Origin: Octopus vulgaris
Taxonomy: Eukaryota
DNA length: 64,000 nt
Reading direction: 5' to 3'
Assembly (NCBI GenBank): GCA_951406725.2
Contig: OX597819.1
Coordinates: 79,794,001 to 79,858,000, forward strand
In this document: positions 14,007 through 27,470 of the stretch, one piece after another
Layout of the letters: each line of letters begins with the position of its first letter
Position numbering within the stretch: position 1 is the first letter of the stretch
Program-made: the position numbers and the translations under genes
The notes under the pieces: model-generated
What the model was told of the DNA's origin: nothing
The model's database searches: none
Seen by the model: only the letters and a program-made list of their open reading frames with translations

Positions 14007-14196
14007 GAGATCCCCTTCGGTCATGACTGACCATGGGATTGGACGTAGAAAGTTACCATCCCAGGCACAAGTCCGGGCAAGGTTGTTTATGGAAGACCAG
14101 CAGCCCACCATGCATGTCGGCCTCCCCTCTACACGCTACCAGTGTTATCCAAAGGAAAGGCAAAGGCCGATACAGCTTGGCACATGTGACGTCGCA
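14007..14196 (-). mobile_element. 3' part of SINE family B (tail type 1)
   Basis: Aligns with 56858-57046. Confidence 0.8.
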
Positions 14197-14239
14197 TAAA
14201 ATATATATGCATATATATATAGACGTTTTTACTTAGTAT

Positions 14240-14906
14240 TTTTACAATTTTTTAGGTTTTTGGTGGGGCATATGTATATTCCTTTTTTGTGTATGCGTGT
14301 GTGTGTATGCGTATATAAATATGTGCGGGTATGTACATATATGGGCGTGTGTGTATATGAGTGCATAAGGGCATGTCCGTATATGAACATGGTTTTTACG
14401 CTTTGTATACTTCCTTATGTTTTTTCTGTATTGTTGTTTTTTTCTGTATTGTTACCTTTAACCATGTTTTTTCTTGTGCTTGTGCGTATATAGACGCATG
14501 TATGAACGATTACGGTACGCGCGCGCGTGTGTGTGTATGAGTTTGTATGTATATGCGTATACATTTGGCGAAAAATGCGAGTGAAGATGTGTACGTTTTC
14601 ATAGTGACGTATAAGTACGCACGTGGGTCCGCGAGCGTATGAGTAGCAATGTTTACGTGTTTACTATGAACTTTTAGTCTTAATTTATATAAGTAGCGGA
14701 ATTATAACACAGTAATTTCCCTTTATATAACGGTATTTTTTCATAGCGTTTTCCAGATGGCCAGATAACCGAAGAGATAGTGTTGTGGATTTCCACTTCG
14801 GCATCTGAAACTCAGAGTTTTATCTTGACTATTGAATAATGGTAACATATTAATTTACAGATAAATTGAGGTCTGTTTCTTTCTTTTGTTATCTTTTGTT
14901 TTACCA

Positions 14907-14908
<2 letters not shown>
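14240..14908 (+). mobile_element. Probable Penelope-like element 3' end/pseudo-LTR remnant carrying a hammerhead motif
   Basis: Non-coding, T-rich 3' end abutting (TA)n; contains the hammerhead-like motif at 14762-14827. Confidence 0.45.
14762..14827 (+). ncRNA. Type I hammerhead-like motif (CCGAAGA core variant)
   Basis: AGATAA-CCGAAGA-[GAT..GTGGATTTCCAC..ATC]T-GAAA-CTC A GAG-TT-TTATCT: stems I, II and III and the core are in hammerhead order, with U4 replaced by C. Confidence 0.55.
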
Positions 14909-14980
<72 letters not shown>

Positions 14981-15165
14981 GAATGGATGTGTGCATTGGA
15001 CTATAAGATTCAGAATAGAAATGTAACTGCCATTTTTTGATTTTTTACACGTCCAACTATGAACTTGAAATACTGATCTTCAGAAAATTTTGTCGGTATA
15101 AAGAAAATGTCAGAAATGTTTGACATAAAGACTAGGCGATATACATACATTCATACATACATACA

Positions 15166-15197
<32 letters not shown>

Positions 15198-17379
15198 CAA
15201 ACACGCACACACGCGTGCACACATACACATACACATACACCTAAATTCAAATTGAGCGAGTGGTGCAGGTAAAATCCAGGCTATTTGCATATATAGTAAC
15301 CCTAGTTGCTAACCGTGAAATATAAGAATGTTTTCGGCTTATCGAACTTTGATATGGGGAAAACGTACAACCTTTTACACCACGGAATTAGTATTATTCC
15401 TGAAAGTTGATCTTTTTTTTACATTCTACTGACTGTTCGAAGCTTACTAACTTTCTAATCTGGATCCTTAGATTTTATATTTACATGTCTATACATTTAC
15501 ATATCTATACACACACATACATTTATATATACATGCATATACATATACTCATACAGATATTTATTCACATACATTTATGTATGAGTATGTACACATGTGT
15601 GTAAGAGAGCGATGTAGAATGTGAACGAAAAAGGGATGTGAAGATAAAGAGATATAAAGGTAGGAAGACAGAGACAGGGTGATAGTAATAACGACGACGA
15701 CGACGATGGTGACGGTGGTGATAATGATGTGGAGGATGATGATCCCCATGACAACGACGACAAGAACGATCCCAACAACAGCAAGAACTACGACACCATT
15801 TATAATAATAATTACATAGTTCAGTTTTTTTCTCTTTCCTAAATTAAAATTAATATTTTAATTACAATGTCATATTAAGCGAGTGTCCACCTTACCTTCC
15901 TTCTTCTAATCACCTCCCTTGATTTTTTTTTTTTTTGCAAATTTATTTTTATTTTATATTTTTATGTCAAATTTTGAAATCTTTTGTAAATTTGCCGTTT
16001 TTATTTTGTTTTTTTTTTCTCTCTTTCGAAGTTATTCACATTTCACATTTTCACAAAAAGCAGAGAAAATAGGAAGAAAAACATGAAGACAATAAAAGGT
16101 GTGACTTTGACGGAGCCTGGTCAACACAAATTTAGTTATTTTCTAATCTATTATGTTCCGTTTTTGATTAGTACATTCTGCTGTCTTTGTGTTATTGGAG
16201 ACACTTTTATTGTTGTTGTTGCTGTTGGTGTTGTTGTTATTGTTGTTGTTGTCACTGTTATTTTTGTTATTGCTAAAGCCGCCGATATTATTCTAATTTC
16301 ACTTCTCTTATTACTTATTGCATCTTCATTTATAATCCTGTCTTTCTTTCCTTTGTTTTCTTACTTTTTCTTTTTTTTTTAATTATAATTACTGGGTTTA
16401 ATGAGAGCAAGAAATTGATTCTCTTAGTCAGAAAACTTAGAATTTCTCTTTCAGCTAAAAGAGAATGTGAATATATGGCGTTCATGCCGCAGAAATGTTT
16501 TAAGTTTTCGCGCCACCTCCTCTCAGGTTTACCCCCACTAATCCGCCTTTCCTCATCTCCTGAGAAACATTGTATTCACTTCCTCTCCTTCACAGAATGT
16601 TATCCATTTGTAAAATCTCCCCCTCTCTCTCTTTGTCTTTCTCTTTTCTTCTCTTTCTCCCTCTCTTGCTTTCTCTTCCTCTCTCTTTCTTTTCCTTTCT
16701 CCCTTCGTTTCTCTCTCTGTCTCTCTACTTCTCTCTCTTTCCCTTCCTCTCTCTCTCTTTGTCTTTCTCTCTTCCTCTCCCTCTCCCTCTCTCTCTACCA
16801 TTCTGTCTCTCAGCACTGATTACACTGAAGGCCGAAATAGAAGCGTTTACGTCGCAGTTTCATTATGCAGACGAATCAAAAATGAAAGATCCATTCGTAA
16901 TATCCTGCTTCCTGCTTATGTCTTTACTCCAAACGCAGACTTGCAGTTATTCCAGAAACACTTAAGCAACAACCACTCTGAGTGCCTGCTAAGCCCGTGG
17001 ATGCAGAGTCATCCTTTAGAACAGACCGTTAAAAATGAACTCGTTCCTCTCCTTTTCCTCTTACATCTCAACTACGATTATGTTTGCATTTTTGAACTAT
17101 CGGCATGCTTACATTCTCTGTCCAAGTAGTGGTTTTCATTCCTTTGTAATTGTTTAAAGATTGTAAATACACTAAAAACTATAACACAAAAGCAGGAAAT
17201 TTTGGCAAATATGCGTTATTAAATATCTTTGAACGAGCAAAACGCTCCCCGTCCAATGGACGGTGCTGAGTTGTCAAACATTTAAATCAAATTTTCTCAA
17301 ATCAGCTTGTCCGACCGTCCCATAGGCCTCCCCTTTGAGAAAGACTGATTTAACCTAAATTTGAGATACCAGCAAAAGA

Positions 17380-17617
17380 AGAAATAAAGATAGACTGTTT
17401 TCTATTCCAAGAAAAACGATTTTACAAATGCACGTTCCCACGGCTTTATCGATCGCATTCTCACCCGGAATCGATTTTTGTAATTTTTTGAAGACTTATA
17501 CACGCCCTGATACCGTCGGTATCTACATATCAAATTTGAGCGCAATCGGATGAAGGATACCCGAGATCCTAGAAGACACACACACACAGGCAGACAGAAC
17601 GGATTTTATACAATAGA
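17380..17617 (-). mobile_element. Non-autonomous Helitron 5' fragment
   Basis: Minus strand starts A|TCTATTGTATAAAAT followed by CTGT/GT repeats, the same organisation as the Helitron at 42844-43349. Confidence 0.5.
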
Positions 17618-18197
17618 TAAGTAATGAATGCGATATTTAATAATTTTCTTTTCTCTACAAATGTGAGGTTCAGGCTAGAGAAGTTTGTACTTCAGATTGG
17701 GATTTAAAAATACATTTATCGATATCAGAGGCGTGAACGACAAAATCAAAATTTGGGATATTTCACAAATACTTTTACGAAATACTCCAGAGAATTCTAT
17801 CATACCAATTTTTTGAAGATATTTATATCCTACTACTTAAGAAGTTCGGCGGAATGGCAAAATGATAATCAACAAGATATTCTGAGGTATTTAGTCATCT
17901 CTCTATTCGTTCTGAACTCAAGCTCCATCGGGGTTTACTCCACTTCTCATCTTTCCTAGGTTGATAAAATTAAATACTTGTTAAGTACTATGTTGATTCC
18001 ATCGGCTCTCTCTCTATATATATTTCCATCAGATTTGAGGCATTATATTTGAAATCATTCTAAGAGTGCATTAAACTCAGTGAGCTATTAAATCCGAAGA
18101 GCGTCTGGCTATCTAGATTACAGCAACGAATTCTCTGGAAAAATGACTTTACATTAACGTAGAAAAATGACTAAGTTGTGATATTTATACTTTTCAT

Positions 18198-18355
18198 AGG
18201 AGTGGCCGTGTGGTAAGTAAGTTGCTTACGAACCACATGGTTCCAGGTTCAGTCCCACTGCGTGGCACCTTGGGCACGTGTCTTGTACTATGGCCTCGGG
18301 TCGACCTAAGCCTTGTGGGTGGATTTAGTAGACGGAAACTGAAAGAAGCCCATCT

Positions 18356-18400
<45 letters not shown>

Positions 18401-18590
18401 TTGTCCCCATCCTCAACATCGCTTGACAACCGATGCTGGTGTGTTTACGTTCCTGTAACTTAGCGGTTCGATAGAATAAGTACTAGGCTTACAAGGAATA
18501 AGTCATGGGGTCGATTTGCTGGATTAAAAGTGGTGCTCTAGCATGGCCGCAGTCAGATGACTGAAACAGGTAAAAGAATAAAAGAATAAA
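18198..18590 (+). mobile_element. SINE family A, near full length
   Basis: tRNA-like head GGAGTGGCCGTGTGGTAAG...GGTTCAGTCCC, internal microsatellite, and tail ending (AAAAGAAT)n. Confidence 0.9.
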
Positions 18591-19414
18591 ACAATATTTA
18601 ACGATGTACATTAGTAGGTTTATGGCTCTGTATTGCCATTGAACTTTTTTGTATAAAGTTGACATTTTTCGGGAAAAAGTATGAACACTAATAGCCATTA
18701 TCACATCTACCAACACAGCCTAGTCTCAAGAAGTATCTTTAGAGTTATTATTTGCTGCCAACTAGCAAAGGAAAGGAGCAGAAAACTAGACAAATAGATT
18801 TAAGATACACAATGATACTCATTGTCGAAAGTAATTTCTCTCTACTTTTGTTTTAAATCTTAGTTACAAAATACTGAGATTATTCTAAAACTTTTTACAA
18901 TCAGCAAAATTAGTTTTATTGACGTGACTGCTGTCCAACTGGAGGAATTTTGTAAGGCAATGTGTATAGAAAAACTTGTATGAAAAGAGAATTAATATGT
19001 ATTTGTGATTTGTCTTTTCCTAATTGATGAAATATCAATAGTGTAGTAGGTCGATTTAGTCGACCTTTCGTTTCCTTTCAAAAATTGCTTTCACTATAAA
19101 GTTATTAACTATAAAAATGTTTTGTTTTCTATGTAAGATGTTATCTGTTAATAAGGGCTTTCTGATCGATACCGTTCCAACCCACCCTCTCTTAGGCGTA
19201 ACTTTTCAAGAACAACATCATCCAGTGAGTCATTCTGTCATTCCATATTCTAAAGACAGTAGGATCTGATCTGAGGAAGAATCAGTTCTATTTTCTGGAA
19301 AATTTGAGGAAGAACGGCTTGTGATTTCTAGCTAGTTCGATGACGTTGTTCACTTGTAAAGGATCTGATTTCGGCTCTGGTGTTATGGTTGCTGTTGTTT
19401 AATGATATTTTAAT

Positions 19415-19676
19415 ATTTTTTCTTTCTTTTACTTGTTTCAGTCGTTTGACTGTGGCCATGCTGGGGCACCGCCTTGAAGGGCTTTGGCAGAACGAATAGA
19501 TCCCAAGACTTGTTTTTATTTGTTAAAACGTCTGGTACTTATTATATCGATTACTTTTGCCGAACCGCTAAGTTAGGGAGATGTAGGCACACGAACACTG
19601 GTTGCCAAGCGGTGGGGGGAGTTATGTGTGGTGGTGTGGGGGACATACACATACACAAAGACACACACACACATGA

Positions 19677-19707
<31 letters not shown>

Positions 19708-19872
19708 TATACGACCGGTTTATTTCGGGTTGCGTCTACGAAATCCACTCACAAGTCTTTGGTCGAACCGAGGATATAGTAAAAGATACTTGCCCAAGGT
19801 GCCACGCAGTAGGACTGAACCCAGAGCAGAGTTGTAGGGAAGCAAGCTTTTTACCACACAGCTACGCCCGCG
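19415..19872 (-). mobile_element. SINE family A, full length
   Basis: Reverse complement of the family A head, microsatellite and tail. Confidence 0.85.
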
Positions 19873-20654
19873 CTATGATGGTTAAATTTTGTTTTAAATG
19901 TTCTATTGTCACAATTGTTCCATTTCGCGCCCTTTACTTTGCTTTTTTTTATTTACATACATTGATCTAAAACCAAATTTTCCACAGATATATATGGGAC
20001 TGTAAAATATGGCGAACTTAGATGGATGAAATGAAAATAGGCCTTCGCTGGGATTTGAAATCAGGTGGTAGAATGACTGTATTAAACACTTTAAGTTACG
20101 TAGCTAGGCGTTCATCAAAGGCATCCTTGTTACAATCCATAGAAAGAATCGTTCCTGAAAGCCATTAATCCAACAATTTGTAGATCAATTTAACAATATA
20201 TCCAGCCAGCCACCCTGCTAGCCAACAATCATTCTATCCAGCCATCCATCAAATCAATCGTTCATCGACCTAGACGTACATCAGAACATCCAATAAACAG
20301 ACAGCAGATAAATCAACAATAAAAACACACATACGAACAGGAAGAGAGAGAGAGAGAGGGGGGAAGAGAGAGAGAGAGAGAAAGAGAGAGAGATTGAGAG
20401 AGAGAGAGAGAAATACATACACACATGGACATACACACACAAGGACATACATACTTCTGATTAAATTCAAAGCGCTCACCATGCGTATGTGTGAGTGTGT
20501 GTGTTTGTGTGTGTGTGTGTGAATATGTACGCGCTCACATGTGCATGTGTGTATGTATATGCACATACATGTTTATATTCCTATGTATACACCCCTCACA
20601 TATATATGTATATATAGGTAGGTGTATGCACATATGTATATATGTATGTACATA

Positions 20655-20691
<37 letters not shown>

Positions 20692-20800
20692 AGAGAGAGA
20701 GAGAGAGATGTATATATGTTTGTGTGTGTTCGTATGTGTTTACAGATATTTCTTCTTATATGTACATACATAAATATGATATATATGATATATATGTGTG

Positions 20801-20851
<51 letters not shown>

Positions 20852-21105
20852 CATATCATTTATATATATATGTATATATATACATATCCCTATAACACGA
20901 GCGCACACCATTGATTTTTACGTAGATTGTAGTCTCATTGAAGAATGCCCTCGTTGACCACTAATTACGGAGACGACAGATCAAATTTGTCACTACACTT
21001 TACGTTGGCTCTCATCTCATGTATGATCTTGGATCAGTTAATGAAGATTAATTTAACGCTGCAAATGTAAGCATGATAATTAATGCTGATCAGTTGTTGT
21101 TGTTG

Positions 21106-21158
<53 letters not shown>

Positions 21159-21379
21159 GGTGGTTGTGGTGTGGTTGTGGTGGTTGTGGTGATGGTGGTG
21201 GTGGTGCATCGGTGTTTATTGTTATCATTTGGCATGTCTTGATAAACAGGATAATTTCAATGCAGAAAATCTTACGCCGCTGAGAAGATAGAGGCGTCTC
21301 TGTTGTGTAATACATATACATACATACATACATACATACATACATACATACATACATACATACATACATTCATACATCA

Positions 21380-21597
21380 TAGGAGAGGGTGCTGTAAAAT
21401 TCCGGGTCGTAAGGGTTTTACAATAGGCTTTGTTGGAGGCCTTAGATTTCAAGTTCTTTTATAGTGCTTACAAAAACTGAAGAACCTTTGGAATAAGTAT
21501 GTGAATCTGAGAGAGGAATATGTTGAATAAAACCATGATTAACTGACCCTGTATTTTCTTTTACCCAAATCCAGGAACTTTTCAGAAACTCCTCTTA
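21380..21597 (+). mobile_element. Internally deleted mariner (MITE)
   Basis: Imperfect TIRs TAGGAGAGGGTGCTGTAAAATTCCGGG / CCAGGAACTTTTCAGAAACTCCTCTTA; retains transposase C-terminus WNKYVNLR.EYVE*. Confidence 0.7.
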
Positions 21598-21689
21598 CAT
21601 ACATACATGCATACGTACATACATACATACATACATACATACATACATACATACATACATACATACATACATACATACATACATACATA

Positions 21690-21960
21690 CCGAAATATAT
21701 TGAGAAATCTGCAGTTACTCTATCCAAATTACAAGTTCAAGTTTATACCTGTAATTATTGGGGCCCTGGTATATGTAACACTGCCTAAATATCAATCTTG
21801 AGAAATTAGGTTTCTCGAAACCAGAAAGGAGAAAGCTAATTCGAAGACTACAGACCCAAGCCATCACTCGAACTGTAAAAATCTGTAAAACTTTCCCGAA
21901 GTTTATCATTGAAACATATATGAGCATGTCTAGATATGCAGCATACAAATCTGCTGGTAT
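21690..21960 (+). mobile_element. 3' end of R4/Dong-like (REL endonuclease) LINE inserted in (TACA)n
   Basis: Frameshifted translation [23 protein letters not shown]...LEKLGF...LIRRLQTQAIT.TVKICKTF; TACA repeats on both sides. Confidence 0.7.
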
Positions 21961-21969
21961 ACATACATA

Positions 21970-23574
21970 CAGTTGCGGCCAAAATGTTCCGAACGGCATT
22001 GTTTTCGTCAGAAAAGTAAGTATAAGTTTTTATTAAAGTTGTTTTATATTCTATAATTTTCACAGACAATAAATACGATATTAATTGGTATTGTATGAGA
22101 TTTTGGTGTAATTTGAGTGGATAATACAAAAGTTATGGATGATATAGTGATTTACTGCAAAACCCATGGTGGCCAAAATGATCAGAACGGTTGAAAAAAT
22201 AACAAAATAATCAAAAAGTGACAGAGAATGCTGGAATTATTTCATATTTAGTGTGAAGCCCTTTAGCTTCAATCAAAGTTTGACATTTTTGACTGCATGG
22301 GGAAATTAAATTTTCAATTTCTTGCTGGGTGATCTTATTCCATTCTTCCTGAAGGGCATTCCATAATTGCTCGGTTGTTTTAGGATTTCTGGCTTTCAAA
22401 CGTTCTCCTAGAATACTCCACATATTTTCAATAGGATTGAGGTCTGGGCTTTGAGCAGGCCAATCTATAACAATAACCTTTTCAGCCTTGAGGAAGTTCA
22501 TGACCACCTTAGCCTTGTGACATGGGGCATTGTCCTGCATGAATATGGGTGGTCGCTTAGTTGAATTTCTCAGCACAGGCAAGACGTGATCTTTTACAAG
22601 TTGTTTATAAACTCCTGCATTTACCTTTCCATGTAATCGCAGCAAAGGGCCCATAACATCTCCAGATATCATCCCCCAAACCATGACACTTCCTCCACCG
22701 AATTTAGCACTAGTCTTAAGGCATTTAGGTGACAATTTTTCACCTGCTTTTCGACGAAATAACATAGCCAAATAACATAGGCTTAGATTCATCACTGAAA
22801 TGCATCGTTTGCCATTTTTCTTGAGACCACAAAACATGTTCGGTTGCAAAGGTAAGACGACACTTTTTATTCTTGGAGCTGATCAGTGGCTTCACTGCAG
22901 GTACTCTTGCTTATAGGTCATGTTCAACTAAAGGACGAGACACAATTTTTCGAGATAAAGTTTTCTTCAGTACAATGCTCATTTCCTGAAAAACAGCAGC
23001 AGCAGTTTTAAATCTGTCCTTTTTAACCAACTTTACCATAGCACGATCTTCTCTCTTAGTCGTTTTTCTTGGCCTACCTGTAGACTTTCGTGCTTCACAC
23101 GAACCACAATCATCGTAGATCTTAACAATACCGTGAACAACACTTTTTGACTTGTTAACAAGTTAGGCAATAGACCTAATACTTAAATTATCCTTCTTTC
23201 GAAGCTTAATAATCTGCTGACGAATTGGTAACGGAGTAAGTGGCATTATATTAACAAAGTACACTGCAGATATTCTTACTAATGTTTAGTAAACGAACTG
23301 TCACGTAAACAAATTCAAAACATTAGAGTTCGACGGTTAAATATACTAAAACATGGAGTAAAAACAACCGTTCTGATCATTTTGGCCGCCATGGGTTTTG
23401 CAGTAAATCACTAAACCATCCATAACTTTCGTATTATCCTCTCAAATTACACCAAAATCTCAGACAATAACAAATAATATCGTATTTATTGTCTATGAAA
23501 ATTATAGAATATAAAAACTTATACCTACTTTTCTGACGAAAACAGTGCCGTTCTGAACATTTTGGCCCCAACTG
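21970..23574 (-). mobile_element. Full-length Tc1-family transposon (DD34E) with ~220-bp IR/DR termini and TA TSD
   Basis: TA|CAGTTG...CAACTG|TA; TIRs 21970-22193 and about 23365-23574, each with outer and inner GGCCAAAATG.TC.GAAC repeats. Confidence 0.95.
22211..23246 (-). pseudogene. Tc1 transposase, disrupted by stops and frameshifts
   Basis: ATG at 23246 (MPLTPLPIRQQIIKL..), GRPRKT, FSDE, GGGSVMVWG, QDNAPCH, WPAQSPDLNPIE with exactly 34 residues between D and E. Confidence 0.9.
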
Positions 23575-24342
23575 TACATACATGCATACATACATACATG
23601 CATGCATAAATACATACATATACACATGAACGAAGCTCTCACACACATAAAATCATATTATGCGATTTAACTTTTAATTGCACGATTAATAACCAATGTT
23701 CATAACTCAAAGTGTATTCCAGTATATCTAAGAAGAAACAGGAAGGAGGTATCATGTTATAGTCCGAGTTTCGTTTGGATGGATTCAAGAGATTTGAATA
23801 GATCACATGATACTTATAGAAGGCAAAGCTTTGACTTATATAGACGTGTATGGGTGTATGTGTCTGTGTGAGTATGTGTGTGTATGTATGTGCATGTCCT
23901 TTTATCTCTAGTCAATATATCAGTCGTTTTCCTGAATGGTAATTCCCCTTTTCGTGTGGTGGGGACGTTCTCAAATTTCATTTGGTATTCAGAATACATC
24001 CTGTAGAAGAGGAGTTAATTCAAAATATCAAGAAATTGTGTTGCATGGCATTTGATACTTTTGTATTTCTCTCTCGCTCTCTCTTTCTCTCTTTCTCTGT
24101 ATGTGTATACACGCGTGTGTGTGAGCGTCTGCGTAATTGCGTGCGTGTGTGAAGGCATGTGGTCGTTTCACACATATTTTACACTGTGAGTGATCAGTTG
24201 TCGTGAACAAGGGGGTAAAATTTTGCAGAAGTCTTTCCATATTTTGGTGAAATTTGATTATGTTTTAGAATTTTCCTGAGAGAGGTAAATTTCTTAGCTG
24301 CAAACATTTGAGAGTAGATGATTACTCAACTTATGTACTTAA

Positions 24343-24398
<56 letters not shown>

Positions 24399-24401
<3 letters not shown>

Positions 24402-24575
24402 CATTTCCTCTGTCTTCCCTTCTCGGGATCTTTCCTTCTCCTATGTTTCCGACGAAGAGCTCCGCTCGAAACGTTAAACCCTCCTTCTTCCCTTCTTTCC
24501 TGAGCGTCCAATAATACTATATTTGTTCCATGTCCTCGCGTTATTGTGTTTTTTTGTGTTTTCTTGTTTGGATTA

Positions 24576-24580
<5 letters not shown>
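24399..24580 (+). mobile_element. Short Penelope-like pseudo-LTR fragment inserted in (TA)n
   Basis: 180-bp pyrimidine-rich insert flanked by (TA)n on both sides, containing a minimal hammerhead. Confidence 0.6.
24445..24479 (+). ncRNA. Minimal type I hammerhead motif (CCGACGA core variant)
   Basis: GTTT-CCGACGA-A-GAGC tcc GCTC-GAAA-CGTT-AAAC; palindromic vestigial stem III (AACGTT). Confidence 0.7.
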
Positions 24581-24621
<41 letters not shown>

Positions 24622-24639
24622 TGTATATGTCTCTACATA

Positions 24640-25851
24640 TCACATTGTAAATTGCATCTTTCCATTACTATTCGTTTGTCTTTTACAGCTGCTGAAATGG
24701 ACTAAAGTATTATAATGGAGGCAGTTGAATGCAGATCAGTAATTAGGTTCTTATACTTGAAGAGTCGTACACCAAAAGAGACATTCAATGAGAAGAAAGA
24801 AGTTAGTGTTGGCAATGCACCGTCATACGACGTAGTCAAGCACTGGCATTGCCATTTCAAATGTAGTCGGACATTGGTGGAAACTGCTCCTAATCCTGGA
24901 CGACCAGATTCCGCCATTGATGATGACACAATTCATAAAGTGGAAGCGGCCATTTTGGAGGGTCACCGCATAACTATTCCACAACTAGTCAAAGAAATGA
25001 AGCTAAGTGTAGTGTCTATGGAAAAAACTCATTCATGAACATTTGAACATGCAGAAATTGTCTGGATGTCTCGGATGCTCACACCTTTTCAGAAGCAGGA
25101 TCGAGTCAATTGCTCCCAGGGTCTTTTGGCAATGTGTCAAGAAAATAAGGAGGACTTTTTCGGCAGACTTATTGCATAGGATGAAACATGGGTCTATCAC
25201 TATGATCCTGAGACTAAAGCCCAGTCGAAGGAATGGAAACATGATAACTCACCACCTCCAAAGAAGGCTCGAGTCCAAACCACAGCAGGTAAAATGATGC
25301 TTTTTGGGACCAGCCTTTTTGGACAGTCTTTTGGGACCAGCTCGGAGTAGTGATGATGGATTTTCTGGCAAAGGGTACTACAATTAACGGAGCATGCTTC
25401 TCTACTACAGGAAATTGCCGGACGCCATCAAAGCAGAGAGGTATGACATGCCGACCATAAGAGTCCGCCTCCTCCAAGACAATGCCCCAGTTCACAATGC
25501 GCATGTCACCCAGATGAAAGCACACTCCTATAGCTATGCAATCCTTTCTCATCCTTCTTACAATCCAGACCTTGCATTGTCTGACTTCCACCTCTTCCCA
25601 ATTATGAAGTCTTTTTTTGAAGGAGCAGCTCATTTCGGATGATGATGAACTTATATGTGTCGTTAAGTCTTGGCTCCACACGCACCTTACCAATTTCTAC
25701 AGCTGAGGTCTTTACAGCTGCATAAAGCGATGGAAAAAGTGTGACTTAATTGGTGGTGGCCATGTAGAGAATGACTAATAATTATATCAGGTTTCGTTTA
25801 TCCCAGTCCTTGCAAAGTGGGTCAGGGGAAATCTTTAATGAACACTCTTCG
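24640..25851 (+). mobile_element. Decayed mariner (DD34D, irritans-like); right TIR present
   Basis: MEAVECRSVIRFLYLK..PGRP; DETWVYHYDPETK; QDNAPVH-..-HPSYNPDLALSD (D34D); right end AATGAACACTCTTCG. Confidence 0.9.
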
Positions 25852-27470
25852 TGTGTATGTGTGTCTATATATATATTCATACATACATACATGCATATAT
25901 TAAAGGGAGAGTGATAGAGAGAGAGAGAGAGGCAAAGATTGTGAAAGAAGTATAAATATGAAGACACACGTGTAGTTGTGTTTTACGCATGCAAATAAAT
26001 TTCTAAATTATCATGATTCGATTTTTCTCCCTTCATACGGATGATTAATGTCTGACAATCGAAACCTCTGTCTATTGGAATCGATCCCATATCTGATGTA
26101 TTAATTACAGCAATAGTTAGTCGTTAATTTATCCTCTAATTACCTGAAAGCAATGCTTTGCATTGGGATCTTTTATTGACACGTCGTCCAAAATGGACTA
26201 GTTGTACTCGATGGTAGTTACATGGATACACGTATGTATGATGGGTATTATATAAATGGTTTATAATCATGTATGTTTGTGTTCCGTGTGTGTGAATGAG
26301 AGAGATAAGGAGAGAGAGAAACAGAGGGGAACAGAGGGGAACAGGAGAAAGAGGAAGATCATTTGTCACATGTCATTGCCTCATTCAGGGAAATTTTAAA
26401 TTGTTTGATTTACCATGTTGCCGAACCAACATATATTCTACTCTATTCCACGCTCCCTCTGCCTGTCTCTACCTAAGCATCATTCTCTGTCTGTCTCTGT
26501 CTCTCTCTCTCCCTCTCTCTCTCTCTCATTCACTCAATCTTTGCGGCTGATACGACAAACAGAAATTACATGTTTCTACATTTCTATAAATCACCGTATT
26601 TGATGGCTTAAAAGATGCGCGGACATGCTAAACGCATCCCAATACCGGTTGCATATTTTCCATGAAATGAGTTTTAAATGCATTAAAGCGTATTATAGTC
26701 TCAACTTTTCATATAGAACACAAAATGGTTTTTGAGACCTTTATCATTTTTTTAGGTGTGTTTTTCAAAGTGCATTTTTTTAGAGTGCGATTTAAAGTGC
26801 CTCCAAATGCGATAAATTCTGTATCACCAAGAATCCTCTCCGTATTCCCAGGTTACCGATATCTTTCTTGGTTGCACTTAGACCCATCATAACTGAATGA
26901 ATCAAACGTAGTTAGTTCCTTTTTACAGGGTGAAATCGTAGCAATAAAGTCCTCAATTATGTATGAGAATCTCTGATTCTTAAATGTTCTGCAATCGTTT
27001 TCATAATCCCTCTACTCCCCGACTTCAGTGATCGTAGCGTGACATTAGAATTTAAGGCAATTGAAATGATGCTCTTAAATTACTATTACGCCTCATGCAA
27101 ACAATTTTTGTCTTCCAGATTACGGCGTCTCCACTGCGTGCATAATTCTAAAACTTTCGAAGTTGCCACCCCTTTATGTTGACTAGATTTTATTTTCAGT
27201 CATTTTCAGGTTATGTTTTCCTCTCTCTTAAAGGAATTTTAATTAAGTGACTATTTGGACATAATTTTCTTTCGTCACTCCTCTATTTTTGTTAGCTCTC
27301 ATCAACAAAATATAGTGTTATGCAGGATATTTTCAACTTATTTAATAGTGTCCTAGCTGCGTTATACGAAGGTTACAGCGAATAAGTGTCCACAATGTAG
27401 AAAATTGAAATGGAACATCTTGCATAACAATTTATCTATGACTTCAGCAATGGAAATACGGAAATATCTC

